From an uncultured bacterium (GTDB taxonomy: Bacteria; Patescibacteriota; Minisyncoccia; Phycocordibacterales; UBA2100): a stretch of 64,000 nucleotides of DNA. The DNA is taken from assembly GCA_903858755.1 (NCBI GenBank), contig CAIOKC010000027.1, forward strand, positions 2,192-66,191, read 5' to 3'. Every line of letters begins with the position of its first letter. Within the stretch, counting starts at the first letter, position 1. Positions 38,417 through 49,200 of the stretch are shown here, piece after piece. Both the position numbers and the translations under genes were made by a program. Below the pieces are notes generated by a model. It made no database searches, was not told where the DNA came from, and worked only from the letters and a program-made list of their open reading frames with translations.

Positions 38417-40068
38417 TTCCCACTCCGGCTGATTGCAGCCCTGATGAATGCGGTGAAAAGCGGATGCGGTGAAAGCGGACGCGCTTTCAGCTCGGGATGG
38501 AATTGCGTCCCCACGTAGAAAGGATGCACCGATTTCGGGAGCTCGGCGATTTCCTTCAGGTCACCCTCCGTCCATCGACCGGAAAAAACGAGTCCTTTCT
38601 CCTCAAGCTCTTGTACGTACTTCGGATTGATCTCGTAGCGGTGGCGGTGGCGCTCGGACACCTCAGCTACGCCGTATGCATCGCGAACCACGCTTCCCTC
38701 CGAAAGCGCGCAGGGATACGCGCCGAGGCGCATCGAGCCGCCGTAATCCTTGCGCGCCAATCTCTCGCGCTGCTCGGGAAGGATATCGATGACGGGATAC
38801 GGAGTGTCTTGATTGATCTCGGTAGTATTCGCGCCCTCCATACCCGCGACATGGCGGGCATACTCGATGACGAGCATGTGGAGTCCGTAGCACAGACCGA
38901 AGTACGGTATCGCGTGCTCTCGCGCATACTGCGCCGCGCGGATCTTCCCTTCGATACCCGTCTCGCCGAAACCGCCCGGCACGATGATGCCGTCGTATGC
39001 GCCAAGCTCCTCGATGGGCAGCGCTCCGCTTTGGATATCTTTCGCATTGATCCAATCGATCTCCGCTTTCGCGTCTTCCGCGTATGCGGAGAATTTGATC
39101 GCCTCGATGACCGAGAGGTACGCATCGGAGAGTACAAAATCGCCCGTATCAAAATACTTGCCGACGATGCCGATCTTCACTTTTGTGCCGCCGTTGTGCG
39201 CGCGCTTCGCAAAATCTTTCCAGTCGGACAGATCGACCGGTTTCTTCGCTTCAAGGTCGAGGATTTCGAGGAATACGTCGGAGAGCTTATCGCGCTCGAA
39301 ATTGAGGGGCACGTCGTAGATCGAATCCACATCGGGAGCGGAGATGATGTGCTCCGGGCGCACGCTGCAGGATATCGCGAGCTTGTCCTTGCGCTTCTGA
39401 TCGAGCGAATGCGCCGAGCGCGCGATGATGATATCGGGCTGTACGCCATATGAATTCAATTCTCGCACCGCGCTTTGCGTCGGCTTGGTCTTCATTTCGC
39501 CGAGCGTGCCGGGGATCGGCAGGTAGGACACCATGACAAAAAGCACGTCATCGGGATACTCGAGCTTCATCACGCGCGCCGCGTCGAAATACAACGCATT
39601 CTGGAAATCGCCGACCGTGCCTCCCACTTCGACGACGGTGATGTCTGTCTTGCCGAGCTCTGCGGATTTCTTGATGCGCTCGATGATCTGGTCGCGCACG
39701 TGCGGAATCGCCTCCACGCATTTGCCTTCGTACCCGAGATTGCGCTCTCGCGCGATGACCGAAGCATACACCATGCCGCTCGTCATATAATCCTCGGGTC
39801 CGAGATCGCGGCCCAAGAAGCGTTCATAATTGCCCATATCCTGATCGGTCTCAAGACCGGAATCGAGCACGAACACTTCGCCATGCTCCGTCGGATTCAT
39901 GGTACCCGCATCTACATTGAGGTACGGATCGATCTTCATCAGATTCACGCTGAGCCCGCGCGCCGCGAGCACCTTGCCGATTGATGCCGAGGCGACGCCT
40001 TTGCCGACGCCCGACATGACGCCTCCCACAACAAAAATATACGTATGACCTGAGCGCGCACGTCTCAT
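38413..40068 (-). CDS. pyrG: CTP synthase
   Basis: GGVMSGVGKG and glutamine amidotransferase domain (GLCYGLH). Confidence 0.95.
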   Translation of the reverse strand: MRRARSGHTYIFVVGGVMSGVGKGVASASIGKVLAARGLSVNLMKIDPYLNVDAGTMNPTEHGEVFVLDSGLETDQDMGNYERFLGRDLGPEDYMTSGMVYASVIARERNLGYEGKCVEAIPHVRDQIIERIKKSAELGKTDITVVEVGGTVGDFQNALYFDAARVMKLEYPDDVLFVMVSYLPIPGTLGEMKTKPTQSAVRELNSYGVQPDIIIARSAHSLDQKRKDKLAISCSVRPEHIISAPDVDSIYDVPLNFERDKLSDVFLEILDLEAKKPVDLSDWKDFAKRAHNGGTKVKIGIVGKYFDTGDFVLSDAYLSVIEAIKFSAYAEDAKAEIDWINAKDIQSGALPIEELGAYDGIIVPGGFGETGIEGKIRAAQYAREHAIPYFGLCYGLHMLVIEYARHVAGMEGANTTEINQDTPYPVIDILPEQRERLARKDYGGSMRLGAYPCALSEGSVVRDAYGVAEVSERHRHRYEINPKYVQELEEKGLVFSGRWTEGDLKEIAELPKSVHPFYVGTQFHPELKARPLSPHPLFTAFIRAAISRSGK

Positions 40069-40080
40069 AAGCCTAGGATA

Positions 40081-41010
40081 TCACGTCCGCAGGTAGCGGC
40101 GGACGGCGAGATAGCTGGACAACGCGCCGAGAGCGATGCCAGAGCCCATGACGACGAGGAAAAAGAGCGGGAACGACCCGAGGTAGTAGCTTGCGACGTT
40201 GAATGTACCCAGGAAACGCTCTGAGCCCGGTCCGAGCCAGAGGGTCAATGGATAGAGTATGAGCAATACCACCGCTGCGGAGACCACCCCATAGAGGACG
40301 CCCGCGATCATAAAAGGACCGCGGACATACCAGTGGGAAGCCCCCACAAGATTCATCACGCCGATCTCGTCGCGCGTAGTGTAGATCGCGAGGCGGATGG
40401 TATTAAACGCGATAAGCAGGGTCGCGAGCCCGAATATGATGGCAAGACCGATGCCAAGGCTGCGAGCAGTCTCGATGATGGTGGTGAGCCGGTCGATCGC
40501 GGTCTTGTTCTGGTAGAAATTCACCTTGTCGATACCGGTCGAGGCGCTTGTGCCGGACTCTTGCTGCGTCTCCAGATACTTCGCGATCGCCTCGTATTGC
40601 GAAGTCTGCTTCGCGCGGATTTCGAGGGAAGCGCCGAGCGGATTCTCCCCCAATTCCTGCAGCGCCTGCATCGTGAGCTGATCGTTTTTGTGGCGCTCCT
40701 CGAAATCCGCGAGCGCTTCTTCCCGCGAGACGAACGAGACCGAAGCGACTTCGGGAAGCGCTTCGAGCGATGTCCTCACCTGCGCGATCTGCTCTTCGGT
40801 CGCACCTGTCGTGAAGTACACCGTGACGTCGACCTTGTCGGTCAATTGCTTGAGCACGGAATTGAGCGCGGCGCCGGAGATCAAGAGACTCGCAACGACA
40901 AAGAGTGTGATCGTCATGATAAGCACCGCCGCGAGTGAGACGAATCCATTGCGGATGAAACCGACAAGCCCGTACCTTGCCACCCTCTTCGTTGTTGTCC
41001 ACCATGTCAT
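40081..41010 (-). CDS. ftsX: Cell division permease FtsX
   Basis: Four TM helices; adjacent and coupled to ftsE. Confidence 0.8.
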   Translation of the reverse strand: MTWWTTTKRVARYGLVGFIRNGFVSLAAVLIMTITLFVVASLLISGAALNSVLKQLTDKVDVTVYFTTGATEEQIAQVRTSLEALPEVASVSFVSREEALADFEERHKNDQLTMQALQELGENPLGASLEIRAKQTSQYEAIAKYLETQQESGTSASTGIDKVNFYQNKTAIDRLTTIIETARSLGIGLAIIFGLATLLIAFNTIRLAIYTTRDEIGVMNLVGASHWYVRGPFMIAGVLYGVVSAAVVLLILYPLTLWLGPGSERFLGTFNVASYYLGSFPLFFLVVMGSGIALGALSSYLAVRRYLRT

Positions 41011-41019
41011 ATCCTCATT

Positions 41020-41703
41020 TTACAGTACGTATTTGCCCTGCTTGTCGTCGCGGACGATGCGGCCTTGATCCATGGTGACCACGCGTCGACCGATCGAATC
41101 CACCACCGATTTATTGTGCGTGGTAAGGAGGACGGTCGTACCGAGATCGTTGATCTTCTTCAGAATCTCGACGACGTCGTGGGCATTGATAGGATCAAGA
41201 TTGCCGGTAGGCTCGTCGGCGATCAAGACATCGGGCTGATTGACGATCGCGCGAGCGATCGCGACGCGCTGCTGCTCGCCGCCGGAGAGCTCGCGCGGGA
41301 AATTCCAGATCTTGTCGGCAAGACCGACCAAATCGAGCACGTGCGGGACGTCGCCGCGGATGTCTTCATCGGATTTCCCGGCGACTTCAAGCGCAAACGC
41401 GATGTTTTCATACACGTTCTTCGTCGGAATAAGCCGGAAATCCTGGAAGACTGTCCCGATATTGCGACGAAGCTCGAGCAGATCCTTGCTTTTGAGCTGG
41501 GGTATCTCGCGAGAGCCGAAATACACCGTGCCTTCCGTCGGGAGGACTTCGGCAAATAGCATTTTGAGAAGCGTGGTCTTGCCCGCGCCCGAATGACCGA
41601 CAATGGAGACGAATTCGCCCGGATCGATGCCGAGCGTTATATCTTGCACCGCGGGCGAGACGCCCTCGAAATACACCTTGGTCACCTTGTCGAAATAAAT
41701 CAC
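41020..41703 (-). CDS. ftsE: Cell division ATP-binding protein FtsE
   Basis: Walker A GHSGAGKTT, LSGGEQQRVAIARA, Walker B LIADEPTGNLD. Confidence 0.9.
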   Translation of the reverse strand: MIYFDKVTKVYFEGVSPAVQDITLGIDPGEFVSIVGHSGAGKTTLLKMLFAEVLPTEGTVYFGSREIPQLKSKDLLELRRNIGTVFQDFRLIPTKNVYENIAFALEVAGKSDEDIRGDVPHVLDLVGLADKIWNFPRELSGGEQQRVAIARAIVNQPDVLIADEPTGNLDPINAHDVVEILKKINDLGTTVLLTTHNKSVVDSIGRRVVTMDQGRIVRDDKQGKYVL

Positions 41704-41711
41704 GAGCTCAA

Positions 41712-42608
41712 TTATACCCGATTCGCGGAGGCATCCAAATCCTTTTCCGCATCGACGAACGACTGTATGTCTCCGCCGAGCACCTTTTCGATATCGCGGC
41801 GCTCATGATCGGTGCGATGATCTTTCACCAGCTGGTATGGGTGGAGGACATAGGAACGTATCTGGCTCCCCCATTCGATCTTGGTCGACGCACCACTTGA
41901 AAGACCCCGCGACTCTTGCGCCTGCGCCGCTTCCTTCATCTGGAAGAGCTTGCCGCGTATCATTTCGAGCGCTTTTTCCTTGTTTTGCGCTTGGGAGCGC
42001 TCCGATGTGACGTGCACACTGATTCCGGTCGGCGTATGCGTCATGCGCACCGCCGTGTCGCGCTTGTTGACGTTCTGACCGCCGGGACCGCCGCTCCTCG
42101 CCACCGTTATCTCAAGATCGCTCTCCGGGATGTGCGTCTCCCCGACATCGGGCAACCTCGGCAAGACCTCGACAAGGGAGAACGACGTCTGGCGCTTCCC
42201 CGCCGAATTAAAAGGCGACATGCGGACGAGGCGGTGCACGCCGCTTTCTTTTTTCAATGCACCGTACGCGCCGCTCCCGACGACGTCGAACGAAATGCTC
42301 CGATACCCGCCCATTGAATTCTGATTGGAGGAAAGCAGAGCTATGTTCCATCCCCGACCAGTCGCGTATTTTCCATACATCTCAAAAAGCATGCGCGAAA
42401 AATCCTCCGCATCATCTCCCCCCGCGCCGGACACAATGGAAATAATCGCATCGCTCGCGTCGTGCCCGCCCCCGCCCGCAAGCCGGGCTTTGAGACTCTG
42501 GTACTCTCGGAGAGTAGCCTGTGCCTTCTCTTTGTCGCTCCAAAAGTCGGCAGATGTCATTGCTGCTTCTATTTCGAGTATGCGCTTTTCAGCGTTTGCC
42601 TTGTCCAT
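41712..42608 (-). CDS. prfB: Peptide chain release factor 2
   Basis: SPF motif ([14 protein letters not shown]) and GGQ motif ([11 protein letters not shown]). The N-terminus is short and there is no room for the usual +1 frameshift leader, because tRNA-Thr ends 2 nt upstream. Confidence 0.8.
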   Translation of the reverse strand: MDKANAEKRILEIEAAMTSADFWSDKEKAQATLREYQSLKARLAGGGGHDASDAIISIVSGAGGDDAEDFSRMLFEMYGKYATGRGWNIALLSSNQNSMGGYRSISFDVVGSGAYGALKKESGVHRLVRMSPFNSAGKRQTSFSLVEVLPRLPDVGETHIPESDLEITVARSGGPGGQNVNKRDTAVRMTHTPTGISVHVTSERSQAQNKEKALEMIRGKLFQMKEAAQAQESRGLSSGASTKIEWGSQIRSYVLHPYQLVKDHRTDHERRDIEKVLGGDIQSFVDAEKDLDASANRV

Positions 42609-42610
42609 GA

Positions 42611-42682
42611 GCCGCCTCGGAGATTCGAACTCCGGACCTACCCCTTACGAAGGGGTTGCTCTACCAGCTGAGCTAAGGCGGC
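42611..42682 (-). tRNA. tRNA-Thr (CGU)
   Basis: Cloverleaf GCCGCCT...anticodon loop TTCGTAA...T-loop TTCGAAT...AGGCGGC. Confidence 0.85.
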
Positions 42683-42751
42683 GATGCGCTAAGAATATAC
42701 CACAGGATTGCTGGCTTTGGGTGGAGCCGCGCCGCCCGCGCATTCGCCTGC

Positions 42752-43018
42752 CTACCGGCTCATACTATCGCCCTTCATCATCTTGTCTCCTTCGTTTGTC
42801 ATCACCCCATCTTTCTCCATCATCGCGCCATCTTTCATCATATTCTCTCCTTCGTTCGCCATCGTCCCGTCTTTCTCCATCATCGTGTCGCCCTTCATCA
42901 TCTTGTCCTCTTTTGTATTCATAGCAAAGGAAAGTATTCCTACTGCCAATACTGTGAGCATTGCCAAGAGCGCCACCCACCACACAGAACCCTTTTTGTC
43001 CTCCATGATTGTTTCCAT
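42752..43018 (-). CDS. Small membrane-anchored Met-rich tandem-repeat protein
   Basis: TM helix followed by repeats MMEKDG(T/V)M(A/T)NEG(E/D)xMMK(G/D). The DNA shows imperfect tandem repeats of about 21 and 36 nt. Confidence 0.45.
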   Translation of the reverse strand: METIMEDKKGSVWWVALLAMLTVLAVGILSFAMNTKEDKMMKGDTMMEKDGTMANEGENMMKDGAMMEKDGVMTNEGDKMMKGDSMSR

Positions 43019-43072
43019 ACTTTTTACGAGTTTGATTAGTACTGTTAGTAATATGTAAAGTCTACTTTACAT

Positions 43073-44140
43073 TTACCCAAACGTAAAGGCATACGCCTCA
43101 AGACCGGGGCTGTGGATACGCACTTCGAGCGTATGCGCGCCCGCCGCCGCCCCGGATACAAGCGTGTACAGCGTATTCGGTCGTATCGTCTGTGTATTCG
43201 CGTATTTTCCGTCGACAAACACGCTGATTTCGACCGGTTTTTCCGCCCCAGCGACGAAATACACGTCCGCAGCGTCAAATCGGTATACGATCCTTGCGTC
43301 TACCCCGACGTTTTTTGCGTACTCGCTCGTGATCTCCCACGTCCCTTCGAGGTACAGCGTGTCCATCTGCGCCGTTTGCGGAGCGGTGAGCACCTGTGTT
43401 CCGCGCGACCCTCTCGTGCCGTTGCCGAGATACTCGTTCCGGTCGGAGCCGAAATAGGTCTCTGGACTGCGCGCACTGACCCGTACCCGCGCGACCGCAT
43501 CCACGGCGAGTCCGTCGTGCACTCCCATTTCTTCGCCCAACACTTGCGCGCGCTCGGCCAACAGCTCGCGGATGTTCGCCTCGGTTTCCTCGTATGCGCC
43601 TTCGCCGATGTGGTCGTAGACGACATTGCCATGGATATCTATCAAGTATTTCCTCGGCCAGTAGCGATTGCCGTACGCGTTCCATGTCGCATAGTCATTG
43701 TCCAAGACGATCGGATGGGTGATGCCAAACTTCTGCATCGCCTCGCGCACAGTATTGATATCTTTCTCAAACGCGAACTCGGGCGTGTGGATGCCGATAA
43801 TGAGGAGCCCCTGGTCGCGGTATTTCTCGTCCCACGCGTTCAGGTACGGGAATGTCCGCTGGCAATTTATACAGCTGTAGGTCAGAAAATCGAGAAGGAT
43901 TACTTTCTTTCCGATAAACTGCCCGATGGTTATTGGATCGGTGTTGACGAAGCCGGACGGATCGACGATTTCTTTGTATGGTTCGCCGCTCCGTTTCATC
44001 ACGTCCATCGTTTGCGGAGGGCACGACCCGCTCGCTTCGCATATCGCCACCTTGCCTCCCGGCAACAACAAGAACGCAAGTCCTGCTCCGACGAGGACCA
44101 CCAACACTGCGCCGATTGTGTATACCTCTTTCATACTCAT
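43073..44140 (-). CDS. TlpA/ResA-like thiol-disulfide oxidoreductase (thioredoxin fold) with extra C-terminal domain
   Basis: TM anchor; CxxC active site SCINCQ. Confidence 0.7.
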   Translation of the reverse strand: MSMKEVYTIGAVLVVLVGAGLAFLLLPGGKVAICEASGSCPPQTMDVMKRSGEPYKEIVDPSGFVNTDPITIGQFIGKKVILLDFLTYSCINCQRTFPYLNAWDEKYRDQGLLIIGIHTPEFAFEKDINTVREAMQKFGITHPIVLDNDYATWNAYGNRYWPRKYLIDIHGNVVYDHIGEGAYEETEANIRELLAERAQVLGEEMGVHDGLAVDAVARVRVSARSPETYFGSDRNEYLGNGTRGSRGTQVLTAPQTAQMDTLYLEGTWEITSEYAKNVGVDARIVYRFDAADVYFVAGAEKPVEISVFVDGKYANTQTIRPNTLYTLVSGAAAGAHTLEVRIHSPGLEAYAFTFG

Positions 44141-44859
44141 TGGACTTTTTGCAAGAGCGCCTGTTCGACCTCGGTACTGTCAAAGCCGCTGTCGAGAAGT
44201 CGCGCTTCCAGTTTCTTTTCGTACCCTGTCGCTACCAGCAAACCCAAAACGACAAACGCGACGCCGATGGTGCGCTTCACCGTACCGCGCGAATCAGCCA
44301 CCGAGGACAGCCGATCGGCAAAACGCTGACCGAGAAGTGCGATGAGGAGCAGGATGAGGGAGAGACCGAATACATACGCGAGAAGGTACAGCGTGCCAAG
44401 CGCAAACGATACCGGGAGCACGGAAGCGAGAATGACGAAATAGGTCGGCGAACAGGTGGAAAAGACCGGACCAAGCGCCGCGCCGATAATCACATCGCCG
44501 AGAGGGCTCTTGTTCTTATACCCTGCCCCCACCAGCGTATGCGAACCCACCGAGAGCTTGGCAATTCCCGGCATCTTTTCCCAGAGTACGGGAAAGACGA
44601 GCGAGAGACCGAACAGCATGAGAATGCCGCCTGAAAGATACGCCCACAATTCCGGCGGCATCATCACGAACGCCGTAGATACTTTAAGGAGGTAGGTGAA
44701 TAGTACGACGGAGACGGCAAGGGAGCCGACGACGATGTACGGTGTACATGTGCTTCTTCCCGAAGCCGACGAACCGACAACGACTGGCAAGATCGGCAAG
44801 ACGCACGGCGCAAGAACCGTGAGTACCCCCGCAATGAACGAAACAATAAGAAATGCCAT
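44137..44859 (-). CDS. ccdA: Cytochrome c biogenesis/thiol-disulfide transporter CcdA (DsbD core)
   Basis: VLAPCVLPILPVV and a second conserved Cys in the TM domain. Confidence 0.8.
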   Translation of the reverse strand: MAFLIVSFIAGVLTVLAPCVLPILPVVVGSSASGRSTCTPYIVVGSLAVSVVLFTYLLKVSTAFVMMPPELWAYLSGGILMLFGLSLVFPVLWEKMPGIAKLSVGSHTLVGAGYKNKSPLGDVIIGAALGPVFSTCSPTYFVILASVLPVSFALGTLYLLAYVFGLSLILLLIALLGQRFADRLSSVADSRGTVKRTIGVAFVVLGLLVATGYEKKLEARLLDSGFDSTEVEQALLQKVQ

Positions 44860-44916
44860 GCCTCCAGTGTAGAGGATATCGCGGACAATGTAAAGCCGGT
44901 TTTACACAGCGCTGCG

Positions 44917-45288
44917 CTACTGATAGCGGTCGGAGTAGAAATGCGCGACGACTTTTGCAACGACCATGGCACCGAGCGTTATCAAAATCCACGGATCTAT
45001 CGCATGAGCGAGACCTTGTACGATAAGCGCAAGGGTGAGGGCGGCAATACCCGCGAGATACGAGATGCGCCCGGCATTGAGGCGATGCAGGAGGTCGCGC
45101 TCATCGCCGCCGTTCTCTTGCATAACGAACCCGGCAAACATAATGAGAAGCACTGTCGCGGCAAGCAACGCTACCATAGCGCCCATCGGCGGCATCCAGC
45201 CAAGCGGATCGGCGAGGAGCACGAGCAGCACCGCGAGCGACAGCGTGATGAAGTACGGACTGACTGTATCAAATAGTTTATTTCTCAT
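44917..45288 (-). CDS. Membrane protein (partner of the XRE regulator)
   Basis: Three or four TM helices; start trimmed to MRNKLFD. Confidence 0.4.
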   Translation of the reverse strand: MRNKLFDTVSPYFITLSLAVLLVLLADPLGWMPPMGAMVALLAATVLLIMFAGFVMQENGGDERDLLHRLNAGRISYLAGIAALTLALIVQGLAHAIDPWILITLGAMVVAKVVAHFYSDRYQ

Positions 45289-45490
45289 GGCGGATTTTGA
45301 ATGCGTCCTCGACGCCGACCTTAAACACATTGGCAATCTTAAGCGCCAGCAGAACGGACGGCGTGTAATTCCCTCGCTCGATCGAGATGATCGTCTGCCG
45401 CGAGACGCCGACGCGCTCCGCCAACCCTTCCTGCGTCATTCCCCTATTTGTGCGAAGCGTGTGCACGGTACTTGAAATATATTCTGCCAT
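45278..45490 (-). CDS. XRE-family HTH transcriptional regulator
   Basis: RTNRGMTQEGLAERVGVSRQTIISIERG. Confidence 0.7.
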   Translation of the reverse strand: MAEYISSTVHTLRTNRGMTQEGLAERVGVSRQTIISIERGNYTPSVLLALKIANVFKVGVEDAFKIRHEK

Positions 45491-45499
45491 GGGAGCATC

Positions 45500-45886
45500 T
45501 TACTTTTTACTCTCATCAGACGCTAAGTCAAGGCATACGGAGTTGAGGCAGTAGCGTTTGCCGGTGTCCGTCGGACCGTCATCAAAGACGTGCCCAAGAT
45601 GCGAGTCGCAGGTCGCGCAAATAATCTCAGTGCGGCGCATTCCGTGGCTCGTGTCCGCGAGCTCGCGGACGCTCCCCGGGAGCGCCTGATCGAAAGACGG
45701 CCAGCCCGTCCCTGAATCAAACTTCGCGTCCGAGCCGAAAAGCGGAGCGCCGCACACCTTGCAGTTGTAGGTACCGCTCCTTTTTTCATGCAGAAGTTTC
45801 CCCGAGAATGGCGCTTCGGTACCTTTTTCACGCAAGACGCGATATTCCTCCGCCGTCAGTGTATGTTTGAGCTCCTCTTCGTCCAT
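45500..45886 (-). CDS. msrB: Peptide-methionine (R)-S-oxide reductase
   Basis: Two CxxC zinc motifs and catalytic RYCLNS. Confidence 0.9.
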   Translation of the reverse strand: MDEEELKHTLTAEEYRVLREKGTEAPFSGKLLHEKRSGTYNCKVCGAPLFGSDAKFDSGTGWPSFDQALPGSVRELADTSHGMRRTEIICATCDSHLGHVFDDGPTDTGKRYCLNSVCLDLASDESKK

Positions 45887-46039
45887 GAGACTATGTTACC
45901 AGCTGCGCGGAAGCCCTGCCTACCGGCAGGCAGGCGTAGCCGCCGCGACTCTGGCACATTGCATTCCAGGATTCGGTTGCTCTAAGCCGTAGCCGCCGCA
46001 TCGCCAAAGATTTCAGAACTATCATATCAAAACGAAAGA

Positions 46040-46085
46040 CCCCTTGGATTCCGGCATAGTGCCAGAGTGTCCAAGGGGACAATGC
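46040..46085 (-). terminator. Rho-independent terminator downstream of the methyltransferase gene
   Basis: On the minus strand: GTCCCCTTGG-loop-CCAAGGGGTC followed by TTTCGTTTTG. Confidence 0.5.
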
Positions 46086-46288
46086 GCCCGCCGAGGGCGG
46101 GCGCACAAAGTTGCAATCGGTCAGTTGCGGGAGCCAAGCCGGACGCCATCGCGCCAATCGTCGTCGAGTGGCCACGTGTAGACGTTCCACTCACCGCAAA
46201 TATTTGATTGCTTCTTGGTGCTTGCCAGCGTTCCGCAAGTCGTCGGCAATATTCATCATCCCCTGAGCTTCGATGTCTCGCATATCGA

Positions 46289-49200
46289 TTACAGGGCAGT
46301 TTCAACAATCCTAACCTCCTCGTCTGTAAGGTCGTAAAGCTTATACACGAGCTGATCAATTTGCTTTTCATAAACTTTAACCTCTTCTTGTTTCTTGAAA
46401 TTCTCCAAATAATCGCCGGATGTGGTAATTGCCAAGATTTTATCAACGATTTCAATAAAGGGCTTTTGTTCAGTTTCTGAAACTCTTTTAATTGGGACTT
46501 CTGATAGTGGTTGCTGATAAAGCTCCAACATTTCTCCCTTTCTTTTGCCTCGCTGATACAACCAAAAATAATAGAGCCTAGAATTGAGCAGTGCCAACAC
46601 ATATTTAAGCGAAAATGACTTATCTTTCTCTGTAATAAAATATACATCCGCGCTCGCATACCAGTCGCTCGCGTTATATCCAAACGTATTGCTCGTACTG
46701 CGTTGGGGCGCGACTATTTTTGCGCCTTCAAATATGTCTTGTTGTCTAGATCTATGAAGGTCAAACCAGCGATACGCATATTGGGAAACAATCGCCTCAA
46801 ATTTGGAAAGGTGTTTGAGAATATTCGGGTATGTTTCTATATTCTTAATTGTTTCGCCGTTTGAGTAAATAACGGCAGAGCCTGTTTTATCTTGGGTATA
46901 CCACTTGTGCACGTCAGAGTTCTTAAACCATGGCTTCAAAATTGTTTTCTCGTCATCAGTTAAATTGATATTTTGCATTTCTTCCTCACTTAGAATAAAG
47001 ATACCGTCTCCAATGCGTGCGCTCACTTTATGTTTTTCAAGGTGTTTCCTGGATACTTTATCAGCGCCGGTAACAATTCCTTGGTTTGCATTGCAAATCG
47101 TCCCCAAGGCCTCACCCTGGCTCTTTAGCTTATTTAATGTCGTTTGTATTGGATTGCGACTTTCTATTGAGGTTCCCGATAGCCGAATATTGTAATTATC
47201 GCCATCGTATAAATCGTCTTGAGCTACTCTAAAGTATTCGGTTTTTTCGTCTTGGCCACCAACAATTCTTTCCAAGATAATCGAAGTGGCATCACCAGTG
47301 CGTTTGGTAATACAAGTTTCGGCTATAACCTCTTTATAGTGCCCTTTACTCAAAATACTCACCATGTTGTGCTGGCCTAGGGCAGATTTGAAAACCTTGA
47401 GTTCGTTAAAGTTAACTAGCTTTTTGACTGTCGCCCTATTTTTAAAATCCTCTCGAAGCTTTCGTGCACCCAATGCTGTTGGATAGTAATTCGTCGTTAT
47501 ATACGCCATCACGCCGCCGTTGCATAAGTAATCCAGAGCTGTGTGAAAGAAAAAGTAAAAAAGGTCCATCTTGCCTTGATAATATCTCTTCCCTAAGGGA
47601 GAATTCTTGATTTTCCTAAACATGTCCTTGTGTCCCTTCTCCCCAATATACGGGGGGTTCCCGATAACAATATCGAATCCCCCCTTTCTATAGACTGCGG
47701 GAAAGAAATACCTGGTGTCGAAAAAACCAACCGGCTTGTTTTGGAAAATATTTTCGTAACTTCCCCATAGCTCGTTTATTCGCATGCGTTCATCGGTCTC
47801 CGCTTCATTCTTCTTCGCCAACAATCGTTTATGATTTCTATCTTTGATTCCGCTAAATGACTGTACGATACTCTCCAGCTCTTTCTTAGTTTTTTCACTA
47901 ATAAGCTGTTGCAATTTTCTTGCGGTGTCCAATTTGTGCACTTGGTCGACCGGCGCGAAGTACTCGTCAATAAGCTCCCCAAGAGCCGCAGCGAATTCAT
48001 CACCGAACAACGGACCTTCGTGCACCGGTGGCTTTATGAGCGTATTGGCGCAAACAAATTTGAAATCTAGATTCGGTAGCGGCTCAATTCCTCTGTTCGG
48101 AGCACTATCATCGACTTGTTGATCCACAACGAGTGTCAAAAAGCATCGTAGCCGCGATATATCAGTTGCGACGGGTTGAATATCTATACCGTGAATACAT
48201 TCCCTGATGACCCCGAGTTTTCGAACATATGTAAGGTTATGTTTTTGAAGTTGCCTGCGAGCCTCCGCAGGAAATTTGTTGAGATAGATTGAACAATCGG
48301 GGTCAAGAATCCCTAGCATATGTACCATGCGCTGAAGCACGCCTATTGGAAATGCGCCGGAACCACAGGCTGGGTCTAAGACAGCAGCATTATGAATAGC
48401 GTCAACGAGTACTTTCCTGTCATTGATAGAAAAGGGATACTGAACATCATCCTCCAAATCGTACGATGAAAGCACGCGTAATTTCTCTTCAGGTATTCCG
48501 GTCTTTGTCTTTAGGTGAGCAACGAGCGACTCTTCAACCATGAAGTCCACAATTTCTCTGGGTGTGTAAAAACTTCCTGTCGCTTTTCGCGCACTTGCGC
48601 CTGTTTCCGGGTTTACTTCTGCCAAAAGGTTTTCAAAGATACGACCGAGCATCTCAGGGTCGATTGAAAGCTCGGTATCGATTGACGTATTTTCGTCAAT
48701 TGTGAAGTTATATTCCTCAAAAATACCGAGCATCTCCATAAACCACCCATCCGGAACAGCCACAACGCCGCGTCGCTCACTCAACCCGGTAGTGCGGTTA
48801 AATTTGTGATTATCCTCGGCGTGGTCCTGAAACAATCCTCCATTGAGAAACGGGACCTTGTTGAACAATTCTGAATGCGCGAAAAATGCGGGCCGAGAAC
48901 TTGGAGGCTTATTGAGCACCTCAAAAAAGAGAGGTGCGCACAGGGAGTGGTAATAATCCGAATTCTTTGAGACGGCGGCAACAGAAAGAAGCTCGTCAGG
49001 GATTAATGGAACACCCTGACTACCTTTCTTCTGTTTAAGAAACCAGCAAAAAACTAACCGGCCGATGAGCCGAATTGCAAAATTTGCATACACTGTGTCA
49101 TCCGCGCTTCCAAGTTCAAGGGTCCTCTCGTAAGTTTCTGCGCGCCTGCCTTCTCCTCTTGTGCCCCCAACGAGTTTTGAATATTGAGCGGCTATTCGCG

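Noticed and set aside
42700-43060. A tandem repeat array considered as a possible CRISPR or minisatellite.
   Set aside because: The repeats are imperfect, in-frame and encode the Met-rich peptide repeats. There are no unique spacers of regular length and no cas genes.
46027-46683. A 218-aa minus-strand ORF overlapping the 3' end of the large methyltransferase gene.
   Set aside because: It lies in a different frame of the same strand as the methyltransferase C-terminus and covers the terminator hairpins. Composition switches mid-ORF and it has no motifs.
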